Shown here: in pieces, positions 28,815-43,586 of the stretch | Position numbering within the stretch: position 1 is the stretch's first letter | Layout of the letters: each line of letters begins with the position of its first letter | Assembly (NCBI GenBank): GCA_012295275.1 | Contig: CM022670.1 | Location: forward strand, 24,614,001-24,678,000 | Direction of reading: 5' to 3' | DNA length: 64,000 nt | Source: Chrysomallon squamiferum | Taxonomy: Eukaryota > Animalia > Mollusca | Notes under the pieces: generated by a model | What the model was told of the DNA's origin: nothing | What the model saw: the letters and a program-made list of their open reading frames with translations, nothing else | The model's database searches: none | Position numbers and translations under genes: made by a program

Positions 28815-31492
28815 GAATTTTGGAAAAAAATTATAATATAAAACTTAAAGCCACAATATCAGACGAAACTGATGTAACAGTTTACAAAGGTATAATTTGA
28901 ATAATCTAATTATTTTAAATTATAATTAATTTTTAAACCAACGGACATTGCGTTTAAAATCGTTTCATCCCCATCTCATACGTTTAAAGGTATCGTTGAA
29001 TCTCAAATCATTAGGTTCCACAGAAATTCGAGTAACACAAGAACATTTTAATGATGCCTGTTCAGTCCTACTTTGGCGCCCTCAAATCGAGAGGTTATTC
29101 AAATCCGTCAGAGAATTAGAAAAACCCTTGGACCCAACTGACACATTTAAGCCATATAAAGTCCAACATAATATTCCACCTCACTTGGGTACCATTTGGA
29201 ATAAATGTTGAATCGGGCAAATGCAAAGACAGAGAGAGAGAGAGAGATCAAATAATTTACAATCGCCGCAACGTTGACATTGGTAAAATTATAAAGGAAC
29301 AATATTTTAACTTAGAGAGCACTATGAAAAATCAGGAAACAGGAAAAACCCAAGTTTAAAGAACACTTGCCTGTATAAGGTTGTTTCCATGGCATTTGTG
29401 AATTAATTCAATAAAAGGAACGGAAATGTTTTAAAATGTCTTCAAAGGGTGTTATTTTTCTCGATTTTATTTTATTTTTTTTTTTCTTAAAGGTTAATAT
29501 TTTTTTATTTATTATAATTATTTTTTTCATTTTTTTTTTACAGGTTTTGAGAAATGATACCTTATAAATAGTGACTGAAATAGTTTGAAAATAGATTTAG
29601 AAATGTTTTTTATTTTATTCTAGAAATGTATTTTTAAATATCTCTGAACGCTTTTAAAATATGATAGCAAAATAATATATAGAAAAAATACCAAAGCATA
29701 CTGTAATAAACATTACGATGGTCGACTTTTAGTCAGTTCGAATCACTAGAGACAAACGATGTACAAAAAATCAATTTGTAAAATAAAAATAAAGTAAAAA
29801 AGATGATGTTCATCTATTATTAAACTTGAAAGTTAGGTGTAAAATTAATTTTTAGTTATTTTTTATTTCAATTTTATTATTAATTTTAATTTAATTTTAT
29901 TGTAGTTAGTGTTTTTCCCTAGAAAAACAAAATACAAAAAAACATTTTAGAGTGATTACATTCACCGTGCCTACTAAGTTACCTCCAAAAGCTGTACATC
30001 TGAAAAGACAAATACTGTTAACAATTTTAAAACAAGAAAACACAAAACAATATATTTTGTTTTTGAAATGTTTAATATTGTAATGATTTTCAACTGTCTG
30101 AAGTTCACACCAGCTTGGTTTGGTAGAGTATTGCACAAAAATGCTGAGAAATAAAATGTTAATGACAGCAGCACCACACATAATTAATTATAAATTAGGA
30201 CAAACAAAAATACACAAAACAAGCTGAGCATATTTAAATCATGCACATCTAATATAACCACGTAACGAAATACATATATTGCCATTTAATATACACATAA
30301 TTTATTTTTATTGCACAAGTGTCAAATAACACTCATTATTCGTGTTAATAATCTAGTCCACCTTCACCTTCTGGGGTGGTTTTTTTTTACATTTTTACAT
30401 GCATTTCTACACAAACTACTAACATATTTTCTGTTTTGTGTTTATTTTCATATTTATAAACAGTGTCTGCATATATATATGAATTAATGTATGTGTGTAT
30501 ATGAATGTCTCCTCGTTATTATTACTGATCAAATGCAGATATTGTCAGACTATAACTACAAACTAAACAAACAGTTTGTACACTCATTCCAAACTCGTCT
30601 ATGTAAGCACTACTTTGCCACAAAGGTAAATTCATAATAAAGAATTAATACAGAAATAATATACACAGAAAGAAAAATTTGTAACGTGATTCAAACGCCT
30701 GAATAGATTTGGGAAATGAAAATGATGAAAGTGTATTGTTGGAGTAACCGGTAAAAAGTAATTATGTAATAAGAGAATAAGCAAAGATGTAGATCTAGAT
30801 AAGAATATAAAGTTTTGGGATTAGTTAATTTATAAAAAAAAAAAAAAAAAAAAAATTTAAAAAAACTATACACATACACACATAAAAAAAAAAAGAAAAA
30901 AAAAAAAAAAAAAAAAAAAAAAAGCCCTAGCTCAATTATTATTTCATCTAAATAATTATATTACGATACAAAATACAAAAAACTAAAAATAACAATATTC
31001 TAAACACTTATCACTGACTAGAGTAATCAACAATAAACATAAAGGTTTAGCGCATGCACGTGTATATGTCACACAGTACAGCACACCGGTAAAACAGACG
31101 GATATGTTAATGTTTTCATTGCTTTCTGTATACTTGAAAAATGTAACAAAAAATTCAAGAAAAAAGAGGATGAACGTTGTTCTAGAAATTAACACGTGAA
31201 ATTAACATGTTAACAAGATTTCATTTCGCACGTAATTCAATCGTCATAAAAAGGTCACATGATTATGGAGTCACATGTGACTTACCTTTACTCATAAAGC
31301 CAAAATAACGTAGCAATATCGTAGCTACTACTACTACTACATTACTACGGCATAACTTAAAGTTTGATTGCTAATGAAGCACACACTTCCATGTATGGAA
31401 CAAAAATTGTCATTAACTAGTTTTCACTCATCACCCATTCATTTGGATTTCATTCAAAAGTTGTTGTTTTTTTAACAATAAAGGCTTAAATT

Positions 31493-34400
31493 TTAGTTTC
31501 TCGGTCTTAACCCAGTCAGGGGCAAGTGATCCTTTTCAAACTTGAACTGACGTTTGTCGTGAAACTTTGTCAGGGCTGGGCAGTTCGGGTGTTTCTCTTT
31601 CAGGTGTATGAAATGGGCTTCGGGGTCGCGGGTCGTCTCTCCACAGTCCTCGCACACGTACATCTTGTCCCGGCGCTCCTTGTACGCAAAGCGAAAGTTC
31701 GACCCGTGGACCTTCTTCGCGTGCGACTCCAGGGAGCACCGCTGTGTAAACGCTTTGCTGCACAGCTGACACTTGTAAGGTTTCACTCCTGAAATTGTAC
31801 GTTTACAATTGTAAGTAACTGTCAACTGCATAAATGTACTGATTTCAGAACTGCATATGCTTATCTCAAAACTTAATTATAAATTCCTTCTCATTAATTC
31901 CCATATATATATATATATATATAATGCAAGATATGAATAATACATTATCTAATTTTCGACGATTTGAAATCCGAACATTGTTATAATACATGCGTAGTAT
32001 AATTATAATTGTGTAATACAAATTAGGATATAACTCCATCTTTTGGTGCTAACAGTGAAATGTACTTTAAATGGTAATTGTTATCATAACATCCATGCAT
32101 TTTAGAACTCAAAAAATATATATATTTTGAAAATTTCGTCTAAAACATTTTTGTTTTTTAATTTGTTTTTATTTCTGTGTTGTTACGAATGGCAATCTCG
32201 TGATCCACACCTGTTGTTACGCTGAAAACGTATTCTTACGTTAATTAGATTGCACACACAGAATAAAGAAAACAATATTTACCGGTGTGTATTCGTGTAT
32301 GGCGCTTGAGATCAAAGGTGTCGTTGAATCCCTTTCCACAAAAAGAACACAGGTACCGCTTCACGTCGCTGTGGTTTTTGATGTGGCGGTTGAGCAGTCT
32401 CTGCAAGGTGAACTCTTTCTGGCATACATTGCACCGGAATTTTCCAGTTTCTGTCACTGTCACTACAAATGAGATTTTCAAAACTGATTACAATACATTG
32501 ATGATGAGTATTATCAGTAATAACTGACAAGCATTAAGTCCTAATAAAATTATTCTCATTACAAAGGGGAAAAATGAAAAAAGAATTGGTCAGTGATCTT
32601 GATACCTGTTCTCTTAAACTCTACGTTTTGAAACGTCAGTAAGTCAGAAATATAATTCTTGGAGGGGATCCTATACGAAAATTTTAAAAAATTCAGCTCG
32701 TTTGATTTGTATATTTATATTCCTGGTTTGTTTTTCATACACGATGACAGCCCAAAGCTGATTTTTTCTTTAAGATCAATTACGATCAATACGATCATTT
32801 TTTTTTTCTGTTTTATTTTATCTTTCATTTTTATTTTTTATTTTTTTATTATTATTTTATTTTATTAACATTGCTAACTGTAAATGGTATTACCTTTATC
32901 TTTGATACTGTTATCCTTGCTGTCCTTTTCAGTAAAAGAGGGATTCTTGATACCATAACCACCATTGATCATTTCTAATTCTCCGGCATTGGCAGTGTAC
33001 TGCTAAAAAAAGAGAAATTAAATCAGTAATCATAAACAAGTATTAACTAACATACAAATTTAAAAATTCACTAAATACTGATTAATAAAATGTTCTATTG
33101 AACGTTAAAGTTTTGGTGATTCATTACATTGTTGTTCGGTTTCTTTTTTAAGGAAATATCGCATCACTCGATTTAGTTAATCTATGCATTAACAATAAAA
33201 TAAACATTCACTAATTAATCAAAACATACTATAGCATTATCCGACTAACCAAAAAATAATAAATACGAATACACTTTGGTACTGCACCCATAAAATATGT
33301 TTCGTTTAGTACTTACATGCAACAAATTTAATAACGTTGGCTGTGATTTCTCTGTGATGTTATTCAGACATTTAGAATCGTCCAAATTTTCCTTCGAGAC
33401 CGGACTTTGTTCTTGATTCCATGTATTTTCTCTTTGACTAGTCACCGAATCATCTTTAATTCTTTCTCCTTGTACGAAAGAGCAACGTTCAGCTGGACGA
33501 TACACATTACCGATTCGTATTTCTGGAATGGGCTGTTTTCTGGACAGATCGTCAGATTGTGTCGGTTGATTCCTGACAACATTTGGCCTGTTTGAGTTAT
33601 GATGTCTGATATCAGTCAGTGGAAGACGAGGTGTATTGCACGACAGAGCTGGTTTTATTGGTTCAAATGGCATTGTCTTCATTACGTTCTGAGGAAGGCA
33701 TGGTCGACGCACTGGTTCGAATGTGTTTTCCTTGTTCAAATGCGGTGCCGCTCGAGACATTGCTATATTTTGCGGCTCGATTCTCAGTCTGTCTTCAGAA
33801 GCAAGAACTTTTGATGACCTCACAAGTGCGGGTGGTTCTCGGTTCCCTTCTAGTCTGAGATTTTCTGGAACTACTGGTTTGCATATACCATTTGACAAAA
33901 TATTTCGGGGTACTAGATTGTTGTTGTTCCAAACCAGCGACGGGCTTGATGTAAGACTAGCTACAGCATCAGCCTTTTTAGAATGGATATTAACGTTTAG
34001 TCCGTCTTCAGTTTTCTTCACTGTGTAATCCATAGCAGAAACGTGATGACTAGCACTAGTAGTATCGACTGTTGGCATATTAAGAGGAGAAACCACTCTC
34101 TGAAAAGGACTCGGGAATCGAGGAGGCAAAGACAGATAATCTGAGCCGACCAGAGACAAATGACCAATTGGTGATACACAAGTGGCAGGTACTGGCAAAG
34201 GATGTAGGGTTCTCGCAGGCAAAGTCTTAGTAAAAGGCAGATGGTTTGGAATATACGTTCCAGGACGAATAGTTCCTACTGACGTATGTGCAACTGGTAT
34301 AGGGTGGTCTTCATCGATATCTTTCGTTAAAAATGGTCTCTGATATGGAAGTTCGACAACAGGACTGGGTTTGCTTAGTGGAATAGATTCTGAAAGTTTT

Positions 34401-35336
34401 GTCTGTGGGTCGCCAATGAAAACTGGTGATCGCCTGCTGTGTGGTACTGTTACCACGGGGGTCGAAGTAAACATGTCTGTTGCTGGACTCGCAGGGGCGC
34501 TTGCTGCTTTCCACACTGCAGCAGCGGCGGCAGCAACACAACTTCCATGAGACGTTGGCGGTGGGGTGATGCAAGACATACGTGCTCTGTTGATTATCCT
34601 GACGGGTATTGTCGAATGTACCCATGGTCTGGCGATTGGCGAAATTAATCTCTGATCGTAAAACGGGCTTGGTTCTTGCGATTTTGGCGTGGAACTAAAC
34701 AGTTTTGGAACACGTTTATAATCGACAATGTGATTTGTTTGTAGTGGAACAAAGGGAGCGAAAGGGTTTGGTGAGTCTCGTGTCAGATGTGATGCAACCA
34801 GCGGTGAGTGAGATTCAGCTTCCTCTGAAGGAGTGTGAGACACAGAAAGAGATTCCTGTAAGGATTCATCTGTGTTGAGACTCGCATAGCCACTGGAGTC
34901 ACTGCTTGTCGAGTGTATTTTAATTTGTTCGTCAGCTGATTCGTCCATAAGTTTCTGCTTCTTAGCTGGAACAGGTCCATCGTTATCTGTAACATTAAAT
35001 TGAAATTTAGTTACACTCATTATCCACTTAAGTATTCTGAGGACTTACCGTCTCTGTAATTTAATAAGGGCCAAGTTACAGCTGTTTGTCCTTAACCGGC
35101 AAAAACTGTCTTCATAAACAACAACAACAACGACGACAACGATGGCCTAAAACTGGTTGCTAGTCGTTAATATAGTTTAGGTCGATTTACTCATTTTAAT
35201 TAACTTGAGTGTAAGTGAATTTTCGTTCCTTAATTTATATATAGTAATTCTGTTTACATTAAATTTGTTTAGGTGTTGTTATATCCGTTTGTCTTTTTTA
35301 TACAGGCTGTACAACTAATGTTTTGATTTGGAATAT

Positions 35337-35388
<52 letters not shown>

Positions 35389-36570
35389 TTACATTCAACT
35401 TAAGTTGGGGTTTTTTTTCATGCGGTTTTGGGTTGGTTTCTTATTGTATCTTTTACAAAACAATTTTTAAAAATAGTTATCTTTTTGAGATTTACTTTCT
35501 TGAGCATCAATAAAAATGTTCCACGGTGAGTGTGGTCAGTTAATCACAAAGTACTGCAATAATAAAATTTCTGATTTTAATGGCAGAGAGAAAGAAAAGA
35601 AGAAAAAGAAAAAAGTCAACTGAATGAAATGTCTGTCATAGTTTATTGACTGACAGACAAAGCTTTACTTGTTGAATGCAGAAACCCCAGCGCGTGCCTA
35701 GAAGACGAAAGGTCTTTTATATAAACAAGTTCAAAAGATCACTTTCGTGTTTACGACAAGGCCCGTCCAGCCCAAATCATCCGCGACATACCAGCCTTCA
35801 CAAACTAAACCGTTCATAACGACCACGGCTACAGAACATCTGTTATTCAGACCACGTGACTGCGAATCCTATTATCGTGTACCCATTCATTCATGACTGG
35901 AGGGTTTTGCCGTTACTGTGGCGCGAGCCGCGCTTGTTGGATACCACGTGACTTCTTTCTTTCTTTCTTCGTTTCTCCGACCCGTAAATCGGTCAAACTG
36001 TGTTAAGATGCTAACAGCTTTCGTGTACTTTCGGTGACGCAACATTTCCCGCCTTTTTTCTCTCCCATCTACCCATTCATTGTCTCAAAATAGGTCACGG
36101 ATCTACTCAGCAGCTGTTAAGTTTGTTGTAGTAAATAAAACAGTCTGGCGGGAAAACATGACAGGTGGTAACTTAAATATAACTTTTTTTGTCAACAACG
36201 CGACACAGGAAACTCGAACGACATTTGTTACGTAAAGATGACATGCGTCTAGTTCTGCCACCCGGCGAATGAACTTTTAATACACCTGTATGGAAATTAC
36301 GATCTTAATACCTCGTGTTAAATACAACACGTTTTTTAAAACTGTATCGAGTACCTCTTCCTGCGTTATCTATAAAACAACAACAACAACAACTACTCTA
36401 CTGCTGTTGTATTCAAATGCTACAACTACTGCTTCTGTTACTACTAGTACAATAATAACAATTTATTTTTTCGTGTGGAATATAATATTAAAATATGTAC
36501 ACACACACATTAAATTGAGACATTGAGAATATGCGCGAAGTATAAATGATTGTAAGTGTATATTTTTAAC

Positions 36571-36611
<41 letters not shown>

Positions 36612-37248
36612 ATGTACGTATGTATATTTCAGCAGTATAGTACACAAATCCTAATTAGTACACATCAAGTTCCGCGACGTAGAATTCATTTCAGGACCAT
36701 TTATAAAAGTGTATCTAAGTCGTGGGCCATAACCGCTTATACATCATCAGCATGGCTCAACTGTGTATTAAATGCATGCCGGGAATGAAATGGACACTTT
36801 TAGACGAAGAAGGTGGGGAACTTGTTACAACATTATTTTTACAACTAAACAACATGTTTATTTAACAGGAATCCAACCGTTCTGACGTTATTTGGTCAAC
36901 AAAAAAAACTATCCAATTCCGAACAATTAACATGCGTCTTTGTTTTTAAAACAAACATGAATTACCCAGTAAGTACATTTTTACATAATTCCATTAGAAA
37001 CAAAAGGAGAGGGTGTGAGTAAATAACACTCGTGTCATGGGTTAATTAATGGTGGAGAAAAAAAACCAGTAGGACATCACCGGTGTTACAGTAATTATCT
37101 ATCAACTTGTATTGATACAAATTACAACACATCAAACCTGTGGCGTACACTGGTATATATGGTTATTTCCTGACACGCGGTATTGCATTTAAATAAACAT
37201 GAAGAGTGTCAGTTTTTCAAATTCTGTTGTACGTGTGTACGTGTGTAC

Positions 37249-37285
<37 letters not shown>

Positions 37286-40070
37286 AATAACGGATAATAA
37301 AGAAAGGGGAAAGAGGCACAGATACTAGTACAAGTGCTGGAATCTGAAATGTAAATATTATATTAATAATTGTTTATTTATTTGTGTCACTAATTCCCCC
37401 ACCCACCCAGTCATATTTTCCGGTTGCCATACACAAACTGTGTCTGTGAAATAAGTCGGTCATTATATGTAATAATTATTTTATTGAATAACAGGTATTT
37501 GGGTGTATTTTGTTTATTTTATTATAGAAAAGAAAAGAAAAGAAAAGAAAAAAAAAAAGAAACCTAATTTTTTTTTTTTTTTTTTTTTTTTAAAGGATGC
37601 ACTATATTTTTTAAACCGTAATTTATTATTTCTCTCTATTTTAATTTTAATTTTAATTTTTCAGTTTGTTTTGCCAATAGCTTTTTCAATTTGTTTTTCT
37701 CGTAACTGGTGTAGATGAGAAGCGCAAAACAAACCACTTTAGACAGACAGTTCGCAGTCTTGGTCCGATTCAAAAGCTGTCTGGTTATGTAACAGCATTA
37801 GTGTGCCGGGCAGTTCCTTTTCCACACAAAGAGAAAACCTTGCTTCACTGACAAGGGTGGACTATGACGTGATCGCGTGATCGTTTCCTCATTGGACGAG
37901 TATAACGGCAAATGCGGTAGTATGCATGTAACCATGGTAACCGACATTATTAAACGATGCAGCGGGAGATTTGAAAAGCGGCAGGTGCTCGTGGCCTTTT
38001 GTTCTATCGTTTTACATATTTCATGGCTTCTTTAATCCCAACGGAAATAACATCGGTATTAAGTCTTTCTGATTTATACACTGTCAGAGGTAATAAACCA
38101 ATGACATTAAATAAAGTTTGAAAAAAAAAAAAAAAATAATAAAATAAAAAAAAAATACGACTTCTTATTAATCATTCATCAGAAATGTAAATAATATTCA
38201 GTAAACTAATTTCAAATTATGCATTTAAAATGTCTCGAAAAGCTCATTATTTGAGGAGAAAAAAATATATATCATAACTGAAACTTTTGGTGCATGTAAA
38301 TGATATTTTACAACATTTATTTTTTGTTAACTTTAATTTACTTCACAACAAACGTGATATTTCAACAAGAACAAAGTGGTTCTCTTCTGAAAAATATTAA
38401 CATAGTGATCTTAAACAGGTTTAATCCCTATGTTATTTTACTCATCCGCCCTAACACATACACACACCGCCCTCGTATCACACAGAATGGAAGAGTCATT
38501 ATTTATCTTCCATTATGCACATAATCACAGTAAGCAGGAAATACTAAGCTTTCGTTTCATAAATGGTCTTGATACATATATATATATATTTAGTTTCTTT
38601 TCCTGATTTTTATTTATTTTTTTTTTTTTTTATAACTTATCTCTCAGATAATTTATTATGTGGTGTAATTTTAATTACAGTTTGGTTAACAGAACATAAG
38701 TCTTAATAAGATGATAAGAGTTTTAATATCGAGAGGACTAACTTTGACATGGAGCCTTTTACCCCGAGCGATTCGGGAACCGTGCAATGAAATGTACTGA
38801 TGACAATCAACTCGCTGTATTTTTTTATGAAGGCTCATTGTGTTCAGATATCTCGATACTACTGCTACGACAGATGCGAGTATACTACGAGATAAACAAA
38901 GAAAAAGCACTGCTCAGGGCTTTCAAATTTCAAACTGCAAAACGACAGGTGTCGGGGAAATGACTGGAAGAAGAAGAAACGTTTAATCGATTTTTCCTGT
39001 CAACATCAAAGTCGACCTACCGAGAGGTTTGGCGCGGGATATGAACATACAAATTTCACGTCTGACACGATTGTCAGAGCACGTGCCGAAATTTAAAAAG
39101 GAAATTGTTATAAACTGCTGGTGGAAGGTTTTTTAAATTGTCACTGGTGATAATATTGTTTTAAGTTTTGCTGTCTTTCAGTTGGTTAATTAAAAAATAT
39201 TTGTGTTTTATTACAGCAACATTTGTATTTTTATTTTTATTTTTAACTTCGTATTATTTATAAATCAGAATTTGTTTTAATGTACCAATTAAGCAAACAT
39301 TCATTTAAAAAAATATATATATATTTTACACACACACACACACACTATTAGTGATAGTAATAGTAGTAGTAGTAGTAATAATTATAATAATAATGTTTAG
39401 ACTATTATAAAATGAACAAAAATTATCAGCAATTTAAAACATTATCAGTTATATTATATTATTACATGTATACATTACTAAGAAGGCATGAACCCGTTGT
39501 TGCTTTTTTCGCGTTACCGTTTCGATTCAGTTTCTGGGAGTTCAGCTGGACAGATTACGTCCAAAGCTATAAACATAGCTGTTTGAATACTTCTCACAAA
39601 TAAAAGCCTTCCTTGTCACGAACGAAAAACCGACAAACAGAATAAACTGTATACAAGCAACGTCGTTCGTGTCGTTAAGCATGAAAGTTAAATAATAGTA
39701 ACAACAATAATAATAATAATTATTATAATTATTATTATGAAGAATAATAATAAAAATAGTGTCATGTTTGAATAAATATTTGAAGTATTTATATACGATT
39801 TACGTACGAACAGTAAAGTAATAATGATACTTAACCACAATATAATACTAATAAAGTAAAAAAAAAAGAATAAAAATAAAAAAAAAAGAAGAAAAATACA
39901 AAATCAAACAAACATCACTGACCTGTGGAAGATGAACAGACGGGTGTATCGTCATTCTCTGTTACACAAGGCAACACAATGTTGTTGGTATGTGCAGAAT
40001 CTGTAGCAATACCTTCTTTCAGTGATCGTTTCTTCCCCTCACATCGACGTACTAAGAAAGCCCTAGGCAT
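31493..40070 (-). CDS. ovo: Ovo/Shavenbaby (OVOL-family) C2H2 zinc-finger transcription factor with N-terminal SNAG domain (800 aa)
   Basis: Minus-strand exons: 40070-39923 (ccaccATG, MPRAFLVRR = SNAG), 34986-33317 (Pro/Ser-rich), 33002-32894 (ELEMINGGYGIKNP, the Ovo-conserved NGGxGIKNP motif), 32462-32283 (fingers 1-2: QRLLNRH, KRYLCSFCGKGFNDTFDLKRHTRIHTG) and 31788-31493 (fingers 3-4: AFTQRCSLESH..YKERRDKMYVCEDCG). All introns are GT-AG; CDS 2403 nt, in frame. Confidence 0.93.
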
Positions 40071-40139
40071 GGTGGTGTTATCTGTCCGTGTGTGTGTGTT
40101 GTGTGTAGGTGTCCCTCACTGACAGATCCGTCCTGTCAA

Positions 40140-40340
40140 ACGTAAACGTGAACTGAATCAGCAGACGAGCTCGCGAACATTTTGTAATAAGCGCCCTTTC
40201 TCTCGGTTGGGAACAAAGCGCAGCGCGTGCAGTGAAGCTGGCCACACAAATTATTCCCACTAATTGATATGCAAATGAACTCGAGCCATAGCGGTATTTC
40301 AGTGGAACTCGCGAGAAAACCGTTGAGATAGAAGGAGGAT
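40140..40340 (-). promoter_or_regulatory. Candidate ovo proximal promoter
   Basis: CpG-containing island just 5' of the SNAG exon. Inr-like TCAGTT on the minus strand at 40151-40156 and an octamer ATGCAAAT at 40269-40276. Motif evidence only. Confidence 0.35.
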
Positions 40341-41653
40341 AACAAACTCGGGTAGCCTGACCTTTCCTGTGGACTTAAGGCAGTAATAAAACTTCATAGA
40401 CCGTGTCTCAAGAATGTTTGTTCTTTGTTCCGCATGGCTGAATTTTACGTGTGTAAAAATTTTGATTTAACATGGCTTTTATTTTTATATCTCTGTACGT
40501 ATACGTATAATTTATATCCCATCCCACTTCAATATAACGGACGAAAGAAAGAAAAAAAAAAGAAAAAAAAAGAAGAAGCATTACGTTATGGCCACAATTT
40601 AGCCTTGCTGTTTTGTTAATTCTTGTAACTTAGAAAGACTAGTTACGCAATCAGGCCATCTTTGCTTGTATTCCCAAGTGTCAAGAGATAACGAAAAGAT
40701 AGAGTTACATTTCTGATTTATTAGACAATGGCAGCAGTAAAGGAAAATGTAAAAATTACCGATAATGTTGTCCTATTAAATATCTTAATTTTAAAGAAAT
40801 AACAAAAAAAGAATTATTTACAAACTAAAACTAAAATGTTAAGAAAATGTGACATTATATGTATATGTATATTTATAAAAATTGTACAAAAAAAAAAAAA
40901 AAAAAAAAATCCAACAAAGTAGCACACAACAACAAATGAAACAGCTATTATTATTATTATTGTTAACAGTAGAAGTAGTAATAGTAGTATGCATCAAAGT
41001 AAGGCATTATTCAACAATTAAATTTGAAAAAAAAAAAAAAATCATTTTTATCCGACTTTGATATTGACATAAAATTAATACTAAAGAAAATGCAAAAATT
41101 ACCACAAAAAGTGCAAAAGCCGAAAATTGTTCTCTTGGAATGTGCTGGGACTAATTCTGTAATCTGAACGGGTCTCACTAAGATTACGCACAAAAAAGCG
41201 CGAAATGCGCGTGCTTCATGCTTTTAAGTGAAAGAATAATTTGTATATTAATAAGAAAAGAGTTCGAACTGAGTTATGAGCTTATTAGTTATCACGATAC
41301 GTTCTTAAATTTCCGACGTGTTGTTACGAAATAGATTTTGTAATGTCCAAGCCACTGACGAGTTTGCCTGTTGAAACGAAAGAATGATAAAATTACTTAT
41401 TAAGAGCGTGTTCTTTAATTCATAGATGACCCATAGGAATTCAGTACTTTTCTGAAATATCACGACAGTAACATTTTATCCACTTTCTCAGGTTCGACCT
41501 TTTGGTTACTTCCAATTCACTAAGCGTGCACACAGGTATATGTACAAAATATGTTTTTTTTTTCTGTAGTCAATAGCACTACAGTGAACAATAAAACAGT
41601 TCTACTTTAAATAATTTAGATACGAATTAACATTCTTCAGATTCTTTTATTTT

Positions 41654-41756
<103 letters not shown>

Positions 41757-42054
41757 GCATTTGCATTTCTATTTCACTCTCGTTTCTGTTACATTGTGCG
41801 CTCTTTATATCTTTCTATTTCTTACAACGTCAGTCAGCGTATTTCTTAAACTATACATCTCTATACAATCACGCATAGCTCGCTTTTTTCTGCGTTTTTT
41901 TCGCTTATTTAAGCACAACAAAATATATCCGTGGGTGCTTGATAGAAATTCACTTGATATTCGTATTGTTCCACATTTTAAATAACATGTTTGTGAAAAA
42001 TAATTCGAAATTAACAAATTATATATTTTGAGAGCGCTACTTTTATTGATATTA

Positions 42055-42104
<50 letters not shown>

Positions 42105-42967
42105 TTATTATTATTTTACTTGACATAGTGATGAACATATCTTTAGTATAGAAATGAAAATGGTAGGAGCACGGATCTGACGAATGGTAGATACATGCTT
42201 TGATATTCATTATTTCTCAGAACGATGTGGTATTTAAATGTATGTGTTCAAAGAGGAGGTTTTTCGAATTGCAGATGTAATGGTACAAAAGAAATCTTTC
42301 CAAACGTCTTTAGTATGTTTTAAAAACGCTTTAAAGAGTAACGTCCCCTAACCAAGATAATTTTAAGTCATGAAAATAACAGTAATATTTTTAAAGAACG
42401 GATGCTATTCTTTCCTAAGCTATATTGTTTGCTTTCTTTCTTCCCAGATGGAGTTTAATAACAATAGACCTGAATTTTATTTTTTTCTGATTATGACTAA
42501 GGTGAATTTTCGCGCTGAAATATTCAAACTTGACCTCCGTCAATGTAAGTTGTTCACACTCTTGGCGATGTTTTACTGTTTCAAGCTGGTTTCAGACTGA
42601 CCATCAAGCAGACGCGGGTTCCCTGGGGTTTTGTCCGGCACCGTCCTCACCTAACTATCAAAAGATGCCGTGCGCCATGTTGGGTGAATCTTATCATAAC
42701 TGTGTTTATCGCCAGCTTCACGCCAGATAGTTGTCAAGATTTTTAATTTTAGTGGTCGGGTTACTGCCGTAAGGCTGGTGTTATTCGAGCAGTTAGTTTT
42801 CAAGTCGAGTCGTTTTTAAAAGTTCCAAGACTGCATTAGCAGGTCATTCTTAGACCACCACTCATTAATTCGGAGTAATCCAGAATTCAACTTGTTTTCG
42901 TACGTTTATCCTTTGGCTTTTATTCATGTGTTCCAGAAACCTTGACTATCAGAACAGACATTAGAAA

Positions 42968-43076
<109 letters not shown>

Positions 43077-43089
43077 CATGAAATATAAA

Positions 43090-43121
<32 letters not shown>

Positions 43122-43540
43122 TTAAAACTAAATTGAGACATTATGTATATGCGCGAGTAGTATAAATGATTATGAGTGAATATACATATTTTTAAACAGC
43201 GTTTTGGTGCAGGTACGTATGTATATTTCAGCAAAATATATCTACATGATTAAAAGGCCAACAAAATACTTTGAAACACTAATCTTTCTCCATTACAGAA
43301 CGAATATTAAGCCATTTTTTCAGAAACAAACACACGGTACGTATGCGGTGTCGGTCCGGGACGTAGACAATCCTATTCTGTGTAGTACCTGTTTGCCGAA
43401 TTGTGAATGTCCCGGGAAGCAGAAGTAACTAATTGGTTTACAAGATTAAATCTGCTGTGTGAGCTGTGTTTTCTTTTCCAACGAAATTAGAAGCTTTTAT
43501 TTTCTAGCATGACTGTTTGGGGTACCAAGTGAGCAGGCTG

Positions 43541-43586
<46 letters not shown>

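Noticed and set aside
31526-32527. Plus-strand and off-frame ORFs over the zinc-finger exons
   Set aside because: Shadow ORFs of GC-richer ovo coding exons with no protein features.
33245-35020. 591-aa ORF as a stand-alone gene
   Set aside because: It is the large internal exon of ovo (34986-33317). The ORF ends run into introns past clear splice sites.
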